Below, piece after piece: positions 40,360 through 54,829 of a stretch of DNA of 64,000 nucleotides. The notes beneath the pieces are model-generated. The model had not been told where the DNA came from. It saw nothing but the letters and a program-made list of their open reading frames with translations, and did no database searches. The DNA is taken from assembly GCA_951406725.2 (NCBI GenBank), contig OX597817.1, forward strand, positions 68,448,001 through 68,512,000. Direction: 5' to 3'. The stretch is from Octopus vulgaris. Taxonomy: Eukaryota. Position numbers and translations under genes: made by a program. How positions within the stretch are numbered: the stretch's first letter is position 1; each line of letters starts with the position of its first letter.

Positions 40360-40981
40360 TAACACAATAAAATGAAGAAAGGGGTTAAAGCGTAAAGCAA
40401 TGCGAAAAGAGAGATTGCTTTTAACGATGCAGAAGAAACAATAGTACCTGGAAAATGATGGAAACCTTCTCTTTCGAAGAAGATCCTGACCACCTGGTAC
40501 TATAGGCAGTAGTCATCTCTCCCAACGTCACACTCTCCCTTAAACCCAATAACTTCGCCAATCACACATACTGACTATTTAGACGTGTCTGCAGCTTTTC
40601 TAGGTTCAGCACATGCATGCACATCAGCCACGGTATACTTAGCTCTCCGTCTTGGAGATTCGGTTCGTAAATGGACTTTCTGAATAGTTAAATCAAGTCA
40701 AATGCAGCATCAGGCTAAACACAACAGTTAGGTAATGGTTATAAGTGAAGCAATATATTGTCATGTGTAAAATATAATGGAAAACGGAAGCAATTTATGG
40801 TCAGGCGATAATGTAAGGGAAGCAATATACACATTTATCACCGAGAGATTTTTTCAGGAATACTTTACCTTCGAATTATACTGGTGGGTGAAACAACCAC
40901 CTTGTTTGTAACGTAGTCACATAGTCAAAATTCCCATCCACTTGGAGATCAGGTTCCAAGCGGTTTAACCAGATAGTAGGA

Positions 40982-41048
<67 letters not shown>

Positions 41049-41304
41049 TATATATATATACATTTATACATACATACACACACGCACATATCTCTATCTC
41101 TATCTATCTATCTATATTTTTCAAGCTGAGAACGAAATCGTTTGTCATTTGTCGTTTGAGTAGATGACGTTTAAATAAGAAACTCCGATAACGAAGATAG
41201 GAAAAACACAAGGGAGATAACCAACGTTTCAATAATTCGATGTCCTGCAAGCATAAACAAGGTGTTAATGGTTTACAAAGTGTCTGCCAGTTAATTTTTA
41301 AATT

Positions 41305-42050
41305 ACAAGATGTATTTCTTGAAATGCGGACATACAAAAAAAATCTCGTTCTTGAAATCTAAGTATTCATTCGCAGGTTCTCAAGTTCTTTTTGAGATAT
41401 AGTTTTTCAAGAGAGCATATTGAAATTTTTTGGACCCTTAAATGTGGGGTCTGGTTTTGGAGAGGATTTTCCATTTGATGTCGACACTAGTCCCTTCATC
41501 TTTAAGTTTCCCTACTAAAGCCAAAAGGATTGATGAAAGCCTCTTATCCTTATGCCAAAATTTCGAACTAGGGTTGTTATATGTGGATTTAAATTTACCT
41601 TCCACGGCTCCGATATAATGTTTGATTCTCATACGACTACAATCGTAGTTCCTGAAACGTGTGCTTCATAAGTAATGGGAGATATATTGCATTTCTGCAT
41701 TTGAGGACATTTAGATTTGTCCCTACATGCACATCAAGGGCAGGCTTGAATTGTCTATTGCATATTGATATATGGCTTAATATCTGGGAGACAAGAAACG
41801 GTAAATCTTATCGTGTGTCTGTTAAAGATTTTATTGTATCTATGGATTCTAGGGAAATGGATATCTACTAAGTGCAAGAATCTTCTACCTACATTTTTCC
41901 TAACGTTAAGGAAGAAAGTAGTGACGGGGTAGCGAACTATAAAAACATCCCGAGACCTATTCTTAAGATTCGATGACAGAGGAAGTGGTGGGGATGTAGA
42001 CCTCAAAATTAATTCATATAAGCTCTGCCACATGGTTAACAATAATCTTT
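41305..42050 (-). mobile_element. Penelope-like element 3' ORF fragment (GIY-YIG endonuclease region), degenerate
   Basis: NVGRRFLHLVDIHFP..KIFNRHTI..SCLP; CACRDKSKCP..C; HYIGAVEGKFKSTYNN; IKWKIL; CSLEK; CPH. Confidence 0.8.
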
Positions 42051-42624
42051 AATATATTAATTAACACTTCTGTTACCCAACTATTGTGTTTAAAAATTTA
42101 ATTCCAAACATTAACCGTAGCATCACGTGTTTTTCTTCTTCCAAAAAATATTCAAAAAGGCTGCCTCATATTATAAGGTCCTACAGAATAGCGTCTTTAC
42201 TGATGAGATCTTCTGCCATTACCTAGCCGTTGTGTCTTGCTTGAAGCTGCATTTGACTAGATTCGACTATTTTGAATGACTATCTGCGTACCGAATTTCC
42301 AGGACAAAGAACACGGTATGCCGTGGCTAATGTGCATGCATGTTCTGAGACCACAAAAGCTACAGATATATCTTATCAGCCAGCATGTGTATGTGAAGCA
42401 TAGCAGTATGTGAAGCATAGCTCAACTTTTTGACGATGTGGTTTTCTTGCTCCAGTCGAAGACATAGAGTAGACCTTTGACATATTTAATGTCATCAGAC
42501 ACTCTCAGTCCCCTACAATCTGGTAATATAAATAATTCTTTCTACTATAGGCACAAGATCTAAATTTTGGTAGGAGAGGGTTAGTCGATTACATCAACTC
42601 CCCAGTGTTCGACTGGTGCTTAAT

Positions 42625-42905
42625 TCAAGTCCGGGCATGATTGTTTGTGGAAGACCAGCAGCCGCCAATGCATATCAGTCTCTCCTGTCCACACCACCGA
42701 TGTTTTATCGGCTTTTGCAATAGCAAAAGCCGATACAATTTGGCCCCAGTGATGTCGCAGCTAATTTCTACAACTAAATAAATAGATGCAATGTGAAGAT
42801 AAAGTGTCTTTTGCTCAAAAACAGACGCACAGCCCGGTCCTGAAATCGAACGAACGACTTTAGGTATGAAAGCTCGATGCTCTAACCACTGGGTCACGCG
42901 CTTTC
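42625..42905 (-). mobile_element. SINE family C
   Basis: Reverse complement gtggttagagcatcgagc..gttcgatttc..tttgagcaaaagacacttta. Confidence 0.7.
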
Positions 42906-42934
42906 ACATACAGATAATCTATATACATACATGC

Positions 42935-42989
<55 letters not shown>

Positions 42990-43003
<14 letters not shown>

Positions 43004-44330
43004 CCTTTGTATCTCTGTCTGTCCCAATGCATTCTCAAACGGCTCAACTAAATCAAATCAAATTTTACATGGTAATACTATGAGACCCCAGAAGTATCAA
43101 CATGTAATTTTGGTGGATTGATTTACACTACATACAAAAATACAGACATACTATATAAGGTGCGTTATTAAACACATCCACTCACATCTACACATACATA
43201 CCTGAAGATTGACATGATTAAGTGCGGGCTGGCCAGTGTCAATACAAAATTTTATTTTCATTTCTTTTTAAACAATACACATTTACTGTTCCATTACTAG
43301 TTATCGCAGCAGTTGCAAGGTTGCAAGGTAAGTTATAAAATTCTTTGTCTCTCTGTAATAATTATTGTGGCATTTAACGTTAAATTAGCAGTTCCATACA
43401 TGTGTTTCGTATTTCGTTCATTGGCTTATATTTCGTTAATTTACACTGCATACAAAAATACAGACATACTATATACATACAGCTGCTTACAAAAATAGAG
43501 ATTAATGTATATTTTTTCTATATTCGTCATTTTTTGTTTACGATATTGAAAATATATATCACCAAAGAAACGAGGTAATCTCTCCAGAAACACGTATAAG
43601 GCGAGGACAATTGCAGAAAATCGAAAACCGAAGACGAGAGTCTCAACACAGAAGGGAGATACGGTTTTCTCAAGATCAGCCGAGGCATGCTGAGCACGTC
43701 AAATGGATTCTCGAGAAAGAAGGGAGAGGAGACTCTCCCAAGATCAGCAGATGCATACTGCAGCACTTAAATTGTTAGAATAAGATTTCGACGCCAGATT
43801 TCGACAGAGGTCCAATACAATAGCTCTCAGAAATAGACCACATGCAAATTCGTTCTTCGCAACTCCAGGAGCTGCTTTCAGATACGATTCATCCCATTCT
43901 TATAAAAAATATAATTCTGTCAAAAAACTGGTGTGCTACACTGAATTTGTCGTTTCTACAAAGCATTCAAATTTCCAAATGAAACTAATGGCATGCGCTG
44001 CTCAGGTGGTAAGGTAAGATTACCACCACTACCAGCTCCTCCCCAGCCTCTTTCAACAGTTCACTTCCTCGTTGCCGTCTCCTATTGCAGCCTATTTACA
44101 GAACGTGTCCATTTAAGTACAATATCTCCATTACACCTCCATTCATTTGACTGTCAACCATACGTGTTAGACGTAGCGCTGACCGCCCCAAAGGCGAGTA
44201 TATCCACTGACAGCTATTAAAAAATTACATACTCTGCACCCCCAATTTCCCATGATAGGTTAGGGCATGGAATCCTCCAAACAGAGGTATTACATGTCGA
44301 TTATTCGATTTAGACCATCATTTATTCCCG

Positions 44331-44381
<51 letters not shown>

Positions 44382-44425
44382 AACTATACCATTTTAATCC
44401 CGAGCAACGCCGAGTATCTCTGCTA

Positions 44426-44428
<3 letters not shown>
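42990..44428 (+). mobile_element. Possible non-autonomous Helitron-like element
   Basis: 5' tatataaaatc..tgtctgtc..aaacggctcaac..aaatttt; 3' cccgagcaacgccgagtatctctgCTAG followed by t; the two ends may belong to separate copies. Confidence 0.45.
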
Positions 44429-44501
<73 letters not shown>

Positions 44502-45077
44502 GCGATACGATATGTGCGATGAGTGAGAGTGAATGCTCAGTACCGCATTTATTGGATAAATATATTCTTTATTCGTAGATTAATAATGCTGACAATGGTT
44601 TTATGCACGAAAGATTTAGAAATGTTTAAGCATTCCATTTAAGAATGTTAGTACTGCATCTGCACGTTGGATTATTCTACATGAGATCACACAAGATTCA
44701 ACGGGATTTCAACCGTTGTTTGGCCGTATGAGGTGAGGTATATGGTATACAGATAAAGGAAGGTAACTAATGTTGGGTCATCTTCTATTGATTTTCCCTA
44801 GCGTTGTCCTTGGTTTTTTGAAAAAAATTCATAAAAATAAGGCAAAATGTCCGTGGCTATTGCATCCATAATAGTTTAATTGTCTTATAAAATGTCATTT
44901 ACACGTATCTTATATAAATCTGTGCATGCTACGTCAAGCACGTACATTTTGTAAATGAATGTTCATGGATACCAATCGTCTTATGGGGTTTATTAAGTTT
45001 TTAACGGTCATCTATTCATGAAATTGTAAGTTCAAGAACATATATTTTACAAATCGTAGAATGACAGGTGTTGTGTG

Positions 45078-45179
<102 letters not shown>

Positions 45180-45295
45180 CTACTGCATGTACCGTAGGAA
45201 ATTGCTCACCGTCATAGATCCGTCGGGTTGTCCGATGCTTTGAGAATGAAATTTGATAGATGCAAAATATTGCTCATTGCCAGTCACATATCTGC

Positions 45296-45330
<35 letters not shown>

Positions 45331-46025
45331 ACCCACTCTCTCCCTCTCTCTCTCCACCTCTCTCCTCCTTTCTCTCACCCTCTCTCTCCCTCTCTCTCAC
45401 CCTCTCTCTCCCTCTTTGTACACACACACACACACAAGCTAGCACGTACGCATATCCACATGTAAGAGTATGTGTGCTTTTGTGCGTGTGTGTGTGTTGT
45501 GTGTGTTGGTGAATGATAGATATTCCAATGAGAAGTTGATGATAAACTTGTGCATCGAACAAAAATATCTTATATTTCTTTAACAGAAGCATTTCCTATT
45601 GGAAATGTAATAAACCAGTGATTGACCCGTTGGAAAAATATAAAGAACGAAACAAATGTTCATAAAATGTAGGATATCAAAAATAAACAAATGCATAAAT
45701 ATATAGTAATCAGGAATCAGACACGAAGCCTCTCGACGGATCTTGCTGAGATGTTATTCCATGTTACATAGAAATAACTTTCAACCAAACAACATGAAAC
45801 CGAATGCCCGTGGGAGAAAACTGTCAAGTCTAAAGTTTCTAGATACCATATAGATCTTTAACTAATATGATTGAAACTCGAAAGCCACAGCTAACAGCTG
45901 AATAAAATGTTTCTTTCTTTTACTGCATTCAAGATTTGTATTGTAGCTAATATCATATGCACCCAGCTGTTTAGGGCTCTCTTGATTTTTCATCAAAGCA
46001 TGGAAATATAAGTTGACAGAAAAGC

Positions 46026-46058
<33 letters not shown>

Positions 46059-46064
<6 letters not shown>

Positions 46065-46695
46065 CATATTATCTCTAGCTGCCCAGTCCTGGCTAAGAAG
46101 GAATATATTCACAGACATGACAGAGTTGGAACCTACATACATTGGAAGCTATGCCAACATTATGGAATAACAACAGAAAAAAGATGGTATAGGCACACAC
46201 CAGAAAAGGTCACAGAAAACGAGAAAGCAACCATACTCTGGGATATGCCGATACACACAGATAGAGAAATTAAGGCCAACAGACCAGATATAGTTGTCAG
46301 AGATCATGAAGAAAAAAAATGCTTTCTAATTGATGTATCAATACCGGCAGATGACAACGTGTCTCTAAAAGAAATGGAGAAACTCTCAAAATACAAAGAC
46401 CTGGAAATAGAGGTAACTAGAATGTGGAATCTGAAAACAGAAACAATTCCTATCATAGTAGGTGCATTAGGCATGATAAAAAAATATTCAGACAAATACA
46501 TAACAAAAACACCAGGACTTACAAACACATATAACATACAGAAAATTGCACTACTAGGCACTGCACACATCCTACGCAGAACACTTTCCATACAATAACC
46601 ATCAGAGCATCACAACAAATCACAGCACATACCCAAGGCACACAGAGCTGCGCTCGGTAGTGAAGTGAAAGCACGCTATAAAAATAAAACTACTG
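46059..46695 (+). mobile_element. R4/Dong-clade LINE 3' fragment (restriction-like endonuclease) in (AAT)n
   Basis: HIISSC, RHDRVG, RPDIVV, LIDVSIP, KLSKY; stop at 46598; (AAT)n on both sides. Confidence 0.9.
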
Positions 46696-46716
46696 AATAA
46701 TAATAATAATAATAAT

Positions 46717-47325
46717 CCTTTCTACTATAGGCACAAGGCCTGAAATTTGTGGGGAGGGTGACAGTCGTTCACATCGACTCCCAGTGTTTCACTGGTACTT
46801 AATTGATCAACCCTGAAACGATGAAAGGCAAAGACGACCCCAAAGTAATTTGAACACAGAACGTATTGGCAGACAAAATTCTCATTTCCTTATTACCCAC
46901 AAGGGGCTAAACATAGAGGAGACAAACAAGGACAGACAAACGGATTATGTCGATTACATCGATCCCAGTGCATAACTGGTACTTAATTTATCGACCCAGG
47001 AAGGATGAAAGGCAAAGTCGCCCTTGGAGGAATTTGAACTCGGAACGTAACGGTAGACAAAATTCTGCTAAGCATTTTGCCCAGCGTGCTAACGATTCTG
47101 CCAGCTCACCACTTTACAATCCTTTTTACTATAGGCACAATGCCTGAAATTTGGGGGAGGTGTATTATATCGACCACAGTACTCAACTGCAACTTATTTT
47201 ATCGACCTCAAAATGATGAACGGCAAAATGAAACTCGGCGGAATTTGAACGTAGAACGTGAAGTTGGACGAAATACAGCTAAGTACTTCACCCAGCGTGC
47301 TAACGATCCTGAAAGCTCGCCGCCT
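46717..47325 (-). mobile_element. Cluster of SINE family A copies and variants
   Basis: Three gatgaa.ggcaaa..aatttgaac units. Confidence 0.8.
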
Positions 47326-47732
47326 TATAATACGAATAACTGATTGGAAGTGTTACGTAAATATTTTGTATTGGTGTAAAAGATGAGCTACAGTAAATAT
47401 TCTGCTCAATACCACATTCCTTGTCTTTTCCTCCTTTTTTATACATGTGCTACTATTTTGTCCAAGTTCATTTAGTCGGTTAAGATTTGTATATGCAGGT
47501 ATTACTAACAGTGTGCCAAACGCTTCTTTCAACGAATACAAAGAAATACTATTAAAGAATAAACAAAAGAAATGTATTTTTTGCTGAAACAAGCCGAAGA
47601 AAATTAATAACTTCTCGCCTTCCGTGGTAATGCTTCTTAGATTTACAATACGAATAATAATCTGACGTTTGAGCAGAATTCAACAAAATCTAATCCAAAA
47701 TGGGATCCCACGTAAACACGACTTTCCTGAAT

Positions 47733-47861
<129 letters not shown>

Positions 47862-47880
47862 AAATCAATAATAACAATAA

Positions 47881-48228
47881 GACTAAAACAATACCTGTTG
47901 TCATAGGTGCCATGGGAATGATAGCAAAAGGGGCTGATTGCTACCTAACTCAGATACCAGGAAACCCCAAAATGGCAGAAATTCAAAAGATAGTGCTCAT
48001 GGGAATTGCACATATCCTACGCAAAATACTTTCTATGTAATCTCAAGTTTTAAAACAAACATAGTTTTCGTATGGTTTTTTAGACATTCACTAGTACAAC
48101 ACTAAATACAAAACCAAATATATGGCACACTAGGCATAACAACAACATGAACTTCCAACCTGTTGTCTCTTGAGGTCTCTGGGTAAGACTTGGAGCCTAC
48201 TTGTACAAATATAAAGCAAAAGTCAAAC

Positions 48229-48230
<2 letters not shown>
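47881..48230 (+). mobile_element. Dong-like LINE 3' end, second subfamily
   Basis: TIPVVIGAMGMI..IQKIVLMGIAHILRKIL*; near-identical to 58051-58361; (AAT)n tail. Confidence 0.85.
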
Positions 48231-48298
<68 letters not shown>

Positions 48299-49240
48299 CA
48301 ATAGCAAAATGCTTTTGAACAATTGGCTGATAGGTGGGAACAAAAACCTCTGCATGGCAAATGTGTGCCCGTAGCAAACAAGCTCATGTAAGCCAGAAGC
48401 ACACCCATCAGTAGCTACGGAGCTCAGGATTAAAGCAGAGAGTGAAGGCTTTATCTTGGCTGCTCAAGATCAGAGCTTATTGACCTGGAATTATCAAGCC
48501 AATGTGATGAAAAATAGTGTAGACCCAAAGTACCGATACTGCAACGATGGAATCGAAACAGTGGGCCACTTAATCTCTGGTTGTAAAGTTTTAGCACCTG
48601 AAGTGTACAAATCAAGACATGACGGAGTTGGTCAATATCTACACTGGATAAGGTGACGGCATTATAAAATCAAAACTGCTGACAAATGGTACAAGTACCA
48701 CCCTGAAGTTGTAATTGAGGAAGAAAATGTAACTATTCTTTGGAACTTCTCAGTATGTACGGGCCAGACCATCAAAGGAAAAGCCTGTTTATTGATTGAC
48801 ATTAGCATACCCTGTCACCACAATATCTCGACAAAAAAAAAATTGTTAAGCTCAGAAAATATTAAGATTTGCTCATCGAAATCGAAAACACGTGGCATCT
48901 CAAGGCGGTTACAATACCAGTGACTATAGGAGCTCTTGCAATGATCAAAAAAGGAACTGAAAATCATTTAAGAATGATCCCTGGCTTACCATCCTTGCAG
49001 GAAGTGCAATTGTCGCTGAGAATTTTTTTTCCTTTTCCCCCTTTATTTTCTTTGTTTACATTTTTACTTATTTTTCCTATTTCTCTCTGTCTTTCTTCCG
49101 CTTTTTCTCTACCACATGGTTTTGTAAATTAACAATATGGTGTGTTTATTTTAATGAACTACCAATGTATACAATACGTTTTTCTGCTCTAGGTGTCAGG
49201 AAGACACTCGGCAAGAAACCGAAACAGAATTGAAAGAAGA
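48299..49240 (+). mobile_element. Dong-like LINE 3' fragment, third (older) subfamily
   Basis: AAQDQSL..YRYC..ETVGHLISGC..RHDGVG; TIPVTIGAL; (AAT)n flanks. Confidence 0.85.
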
Positions 49241-49291
49241 TGCTAATAATAATAATAATAATAATAATTATTATTATTATAATTATAATAT

Positions 49292-49870
49292 TCCTTTCTT
49301 CTATAGGCACAAGGCCTGATATTTTGGAGGAGGAGTTAAGTCGATTACATCGACCCCAGTGCGTAACTGGTACTTATTTAATCGACCCCGAAAGGATGAA
49401 AGGCAAATTAGACCTCGGCGGAATTTGAACTCAGAACGTAGCGGCAGACGAAATACCTATTTCTTTACTACCCACAAGGGGCTAAACACAGAGAGGACAA
49501 ACAAGGACAGACAAACGGATTAAGTCGATTATATCGACCCCAGTACGTAACTGGTACTTAATTTATCGACTTCGAAAGGATGAAAGGCAAAGTCGACCTT
49601 GGTGGAATTTGAACTCAGAACGTAGCGGCAGACGAAATACGGCTACGCATTTCGCCCGGCGTGCTAACGTTTCTGCCAGCTTGCCGCCTTAATAATAATG
49701 ACAATCCTTTCTACTATAGGCATATGGCCTGAAATTTGAGGGAAGTACTTAACTGGTACTTAATTTATCGACCCCGAAAGGATGAAAAGCAAAGTCTACC
49801 TCGGCGGCAGTTGAACTTAGAATGTATAGAGCCGGAAGAAATACTGCAAGGCATTTTTGGAAGCTCTAAC
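49292..49870 (-). mobile_element. SINE family A dimer plus a partial copy
   Basis: Reverse complement of the family A head and two bodies (49292-49689), then a variant. Confidence 0.85.
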
Positions 49871-50903
49871 AAAACAGAAGTGTTGATATGCAATTTCTAG
49901 ATTACTTCAGATAAGCATTTCCGTTAAGATTATTTTTCATTCTTAAAAATTTTTAGAAGCAAAAATGAAATAAAGAAAAGAAATACAACGTTAAGATTTA
50001 TTTTCTGCTTTTTCTTTCGATCGTTCTTTATTTATTTCGTCCTTCACTACTGAGATTTTTTTTATCCAAAAATAATGATATTGATATTCTATTAATTGTC
50101 CTTCATTGGTAATATATTGACTTCGTGTTGTATGTTGAAATGTAAGCTTAGTACATTCCAGTAAAGAAATTCTTACTGTCTTAAATAACCGTTATATTAT
50201 TGATTTCTTCTCCTCCACCCTTTACTCTCTAGCTGTATCTATCTCCTTTCTTTCGTTTATTTCTGAAAGTATTACAATACCACTAAACCGCCAGTATTTT
50301 TGTAATATTCTGTTAAAAGAAAAAATATATCACATTCCTTCTTTAATTTCTTGTATAAGAAATTAATATACAATCTCACAATAAAAGCCAAATAATAAAA
50401 AAAAAAATTAATTACGAAATATTACAAAACAACAACAACAATATACAACAATTTAATGCTTTATTTTACTTTATTTATTATTGTGTTTTTAATAAAACAT
50501 GTCTGAGATGAAACTATTCTGTTCTGCTAAGACGCATTGTGATTTTGAATAGAAAATCTACAAATGATTGATATTCTCTCAAAATGGATGTGTGGTGTGC
50601 TGAATGTACAATACGTGCGTGAGGGAGAGAGTGTGTGATGTGTATGTGTGTGTATGTGCGTGTGTGAGAGAGAGAGAGAAAGAGAGGGAGGAGGGAGGGA
50701 AGGAGGGAGAGAAAAAGTAAGAAAAAGAAAAAAAGGAGAAAGAAAGAAACAAAGAGAGTGATGAGTAGAATTCAAAATATATACATTTACACGCTTATGC
50801 CAGTGAATGAAAATTAAGAATGAGATATGTACAGAGACACACAGACACACACACACAATATAATATATAATATTCATAATTTCTATTTATTTATCTATCT
50901 ATT

Positions 50904-50941
<38 letters not shown>

Positions 50942-50953
50942 AAAATCTATATC

Positions 50954-50984
<31 letters not shown>

Positions 50985-51000
50985 ATATATACGTAGACAT

Positions 51001-51330
51001 CAGGTGTGGTTGTGTGGTAAGAAGTTTGTTTCCCAATCCCATGATTCTTGGTTCAATCCTACTGCGTAGACAAATTTCTTCTACATTAGTTCCGGGCTGA
51101 TCAAAAACTGTAGATGGAAACTGAAAGAATCCCGTCGTATATATGTATATATCAATGTGTGAGTAAGTATCTTTGTGTTTGTATTTGTACCCCACCACTA
51201 CTTGACAAACGGTGTTGATTTGTTTACATTGGTATAACCTAGCGTTTCGGTAAAAGTGAGCGATAGAATAAGTACTAGGCTTTACGAAAAAGAGAAAGAG
51301 CCGAGGTCGATTTGTTCGACTAAACTCTTC
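51001..51330 (+). mobile_element. SINE family B, diverged
   Basis: gtggttgtgtggtaagaag..gaaactgaaagaa..gatagaataagtac. Confidence 0.75.
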
Positions 51331-51339
51331 AAGTAGTGG

Positions 51340-52345
51340 TCTCCGTGTTTAAGTTGGTGAATGTTGTCATAACCATTGCCTTCAGTTGATCTTTAACATA
51401 ACAAGGAGCTTTGTTGGTCTCTCGCTCAACTGCGCCCCATACAAAATAATCAAGGGCGTTTCAATCTGGTGAGTTAGGTGGCCAGATTTTAGGGGTGATA
51501 TGATTGCAGAAATTGTCTGACAGCCATGACTGTATTCTCCTGTTTGTGTGGAATGGTGCAGAGTCTTGTTACCAGACATAGGATCTTCCACCAGCAACCC
51601 TTTTGACCCAGGGCAGCACTACCTCCCCCAGTCACTTGATGTAGGCCTCCGTGTTGAGTCTGAGGCCATGTGGGAAGATGAATGGAGGCATAACGTCACC
51701 ATCACTAGTGATCACTTCAAACACCATGATGTTGACTGGATGTTTGATTTTTATCACTCGCGGTACATGTTTTGGGGACACAGCAAGCCAACGGTTGATC
51801 TGTGTTTACCATCTAATCCTGGCAGAAATTCTTCTCGTGTGAGAAAACCCAAAGCATGTTCGGTTGGAGAGGATGCTTGAGTTTGTACAGAATCTTCGTA
51901 GCGCGGTCTTTCCTCTTGTCCTCGATGACTTGGGGTAAAAACTGGCCTTTTCTCATCTTGTATGAGGAATACTGAATGTCTTCATGCACTACCTGCTTGA
52001 TGAGAAACTCAGACACTCCCTGTCCCAGACGATGGACATGATTGACTTCGAGGGTTCATTGTCTCACCAACAAATCCAGAGGTTCTTTTGTTATGAGAAC
52101 GATCAGCGTGAGTTTTCCGACCTGCCGTACCTTCGTAATCACCATTAGACTCATCCAACTCTTTCCAAATCCGCTGCACAGTCCTCAGATTGACACCAAA
52201 ACACTCTGAAATGTTCGTATTGGAACTTCTTGGGTGAATGCCAAGCAGTACAGCATGTCGTTTCCAAATTTCTGTTAGAGTGAATTGCATCATGATACTG
52301 TTTTTCTCACGGACGATGCCCAACTCACCCTACTATACTGTGTAG
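51340..52345 (-). mobile_element. Second DD37D (maT-like) transposase pseudogene
   Basis: VNLRTVQRI HTH; FSHEKNF; QDSAPFH..WPPNSPD*NALD with 37-residue spacing; TIRs not identified. Confidence 0.85.
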
Positions 52346-52864
52346 CGTGCGCACACACACACACATGCACACACGTAAACACAACAGACAAACTCACATC
52401 CACACACGCGCTCTCACGCACGCACACACGCACATGCACACACGCACGCACACACACTTGATACCCACACCCTTATACACCCATGTACACACCATCTCAT
52501 ACCGCTCTCCCTCTTACGCAAGCACACACAGACACAGACATAGACATGCACACACCTACACACCCATTCACACAGCCACACTCACCCATTCATACACCCT
52601 TCAGACAATGCACCTGCACTCCACCTCACCCTTCTCTCCCTTTCACGCACGCACTCACGCACTCACACGCACACACGCATGCACACATGCACGCACAAAC
52701 ACACGTTCACCCGCACACACGCTACCACGCACACGCACTCAGTTACTGTCACACACGCACGCTACATTACACAAACACGCTATCACACACACATGCCAAC
52801 ATACACACATACACACAGATATCAAACACTACGTATTTTCTTTTAATACATTTTAATTAATGTG

Positions 52865-53076
52865 TTATACAGTGCAGTACTGTATTGTATTTTTATTTAT
52901 TAATTTATTAATTTTTAGGCGTGAAAATGCTTATATTACCACAGAAATAAATGAAATATAAAAAGGTATAAATACCTAATTGTAATATACTGAGGAGTCC
53001 GCGATATAAATTTACATATATTAACCAGAAAAATCCGTGATGTACTGAGGTCACGATATGTCAAGTGATTACTGTA
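52865..53076. mobile_element. Possible pogo/Tigger-like MITE end
   Basis: Repeated c(c/a)gcgatat-like motif ending gattactgTA. Confidence 0.4.
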
Positions 53077-53239
53077 TCTAATTCATGGATTTCTTTCTAC
53101 CATTGGATTACCTCCCCTTATTCATTCGCAGTACGCCATTTCTACACCTTTGATTGTGAATCATTATAATTTGTTCGTACACTTTCTCTTCACTTGTATT
53201 CCCTCGTCTCTACTTCTGTTCTCCCTCCACTCTCCTTCC

Positions 53240-54560
53240 TTTTCCTTCTCCTCGCCATCACCCACACCTACACCTACATTCACCATCTCTGACCTTCATT
53301 CCTTCTTTCTGCACATCCACTCACTTTTTTCCTGTTTTCTTTCCAACTCTCCTCCCCAGCGCCTGCAAACCTCTATACAACTCTTTCACTTGCTTTTTAA
53401 AAAAACCTGCCACTCTAGCCATCTCTCTTTCCTTAGCCGTCGTCTCCATCATCACGTCACACCCCGTGGCTTCCTCCATCGAACCCATCCTCGCTTGCAC
53501 TTCCCACTTTCTCATCCGTGCTACAATCCGTTCCATCCGCTCCCTCGCTCACTCCCTTGACCACCAACTCCCGCAAGTTTACCTTCTCCTTTCCTCTATC
53601 TGCCAACCACTCTTCACCCAACGTATTCTCCGCTAAAAACCGAAAATGTCACCCCTTCTCAACCCCTCAGCCACCCTCCCCATCCCATCCTATACCTCGA
53701 AACCTTCATGTCCTTCACCCCCACACCTCCATCGCTACCCACCCCCACATGCCCCACACCCATCCATTTCCACCCCTACTCTCAACACACCCAACCATTC
53801 CAACCCTTCTTCTCACACCTCTACCCCACACCCCGACCCCTCTCCCCACACCACTGTGATTCCCCACAACGGCAGCCTCTTAGTCCTCCAATATTTCCTA
53901 AACCTCACACCCAGCACCTCCACCCTTCTCCGCCAAGCAGAACTCGTCCTTACCCTCGACTGCTTTACGCTCGCGGGAGGGATTTGGCAGCAACCTCTCG
54001 CGTCGCTATGGGAACGAGAACGGGCCCAATTTTTATAACTTATTTGTTGGTTACGTTGAGGCCCATATCTTCTCACAATTTTCCGGACCGACCCCAGAGC
54101 TATATAGACGACTGTATAGGCTCCCTCTCCCTCTCCCGCGAACAACTCTCCAATTTCATCTCTTTCATTTATAACTTCCACCCTTCTCTCGAATTTACCC
54201 CTACCATCTCTGACATTTCTATAAACCTCTTGGATATCTCTCTCTCCATTTCATCCTCCTCCCAGTGTTTCTGCCTACAACGCCTGTGCAGCTGGACCAG
54301 GATTTAGAGACCCAGCCCCAATACCTGGACCTCACGTCCATGCGTCGCGGATATCCATCTACCCTTGTCCTTACTGCCCTTACCCACGCTACTGGTCCTT
54401 AGCTCCCTTCCTCCCCTCCATTCCAGCCCGTCTCGGATCTTTCCTTAGCTCCAGATACCGTTGTGACACCTGTCCCTTCATCACTAACACCACCTCCCTC
54501 ACCGAACGCAACCAGCACACCCTTTACATTAGGAACTCCTTCTCCTGCACTTCTTCCAGC
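53240..54560 (+). mobile_element. Penelope-like RT fragment, degenerate
   Basis: TLLRQAELVLTLDCF, VAMGTRTGP, YIDDCIG, NFHPSLEFT, LLDISL, RLCS. Confidence 0.85.
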
Positions 54561-54589
54561 CTTTTTTATTGCATTAGATGTATATATAT

Positions 54590-54761
54590 ATAGTTGGAAA
54601 TTACAGAAAAACAAAAGACGAAGACAGGTGTATAAACAACAATCAGATGCATTAGCTTAATGCTTGGGAAGGTGACAAAGTATTTTACGTTTCGAGCCTA
54701 CGCTCTTAAACAGAAAGGAGCACAAGAAAACAAACAGAGAGAGAATTAAAAATGGCTTTAG

Positions 54762-54765
<4 letters not shown>
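54590..54765 (-). mobile_element. Penelope-like terminal repeat with a hammerhead-like motif, next to the RT fragment
   Basis: Reverse complement ctttctgtttaagagcgtaggctcGAAAcgTAaaa; same family as 1-90, 25825-25980 and about 63620-63710. Confidence 0.55.

Positions 54766-54829
<64 letters not shown>

Noticed and set aside
42195-42260. ctgatgag hammerhead core
   Set aside because: No stem II or GAAA at a suitable distance.
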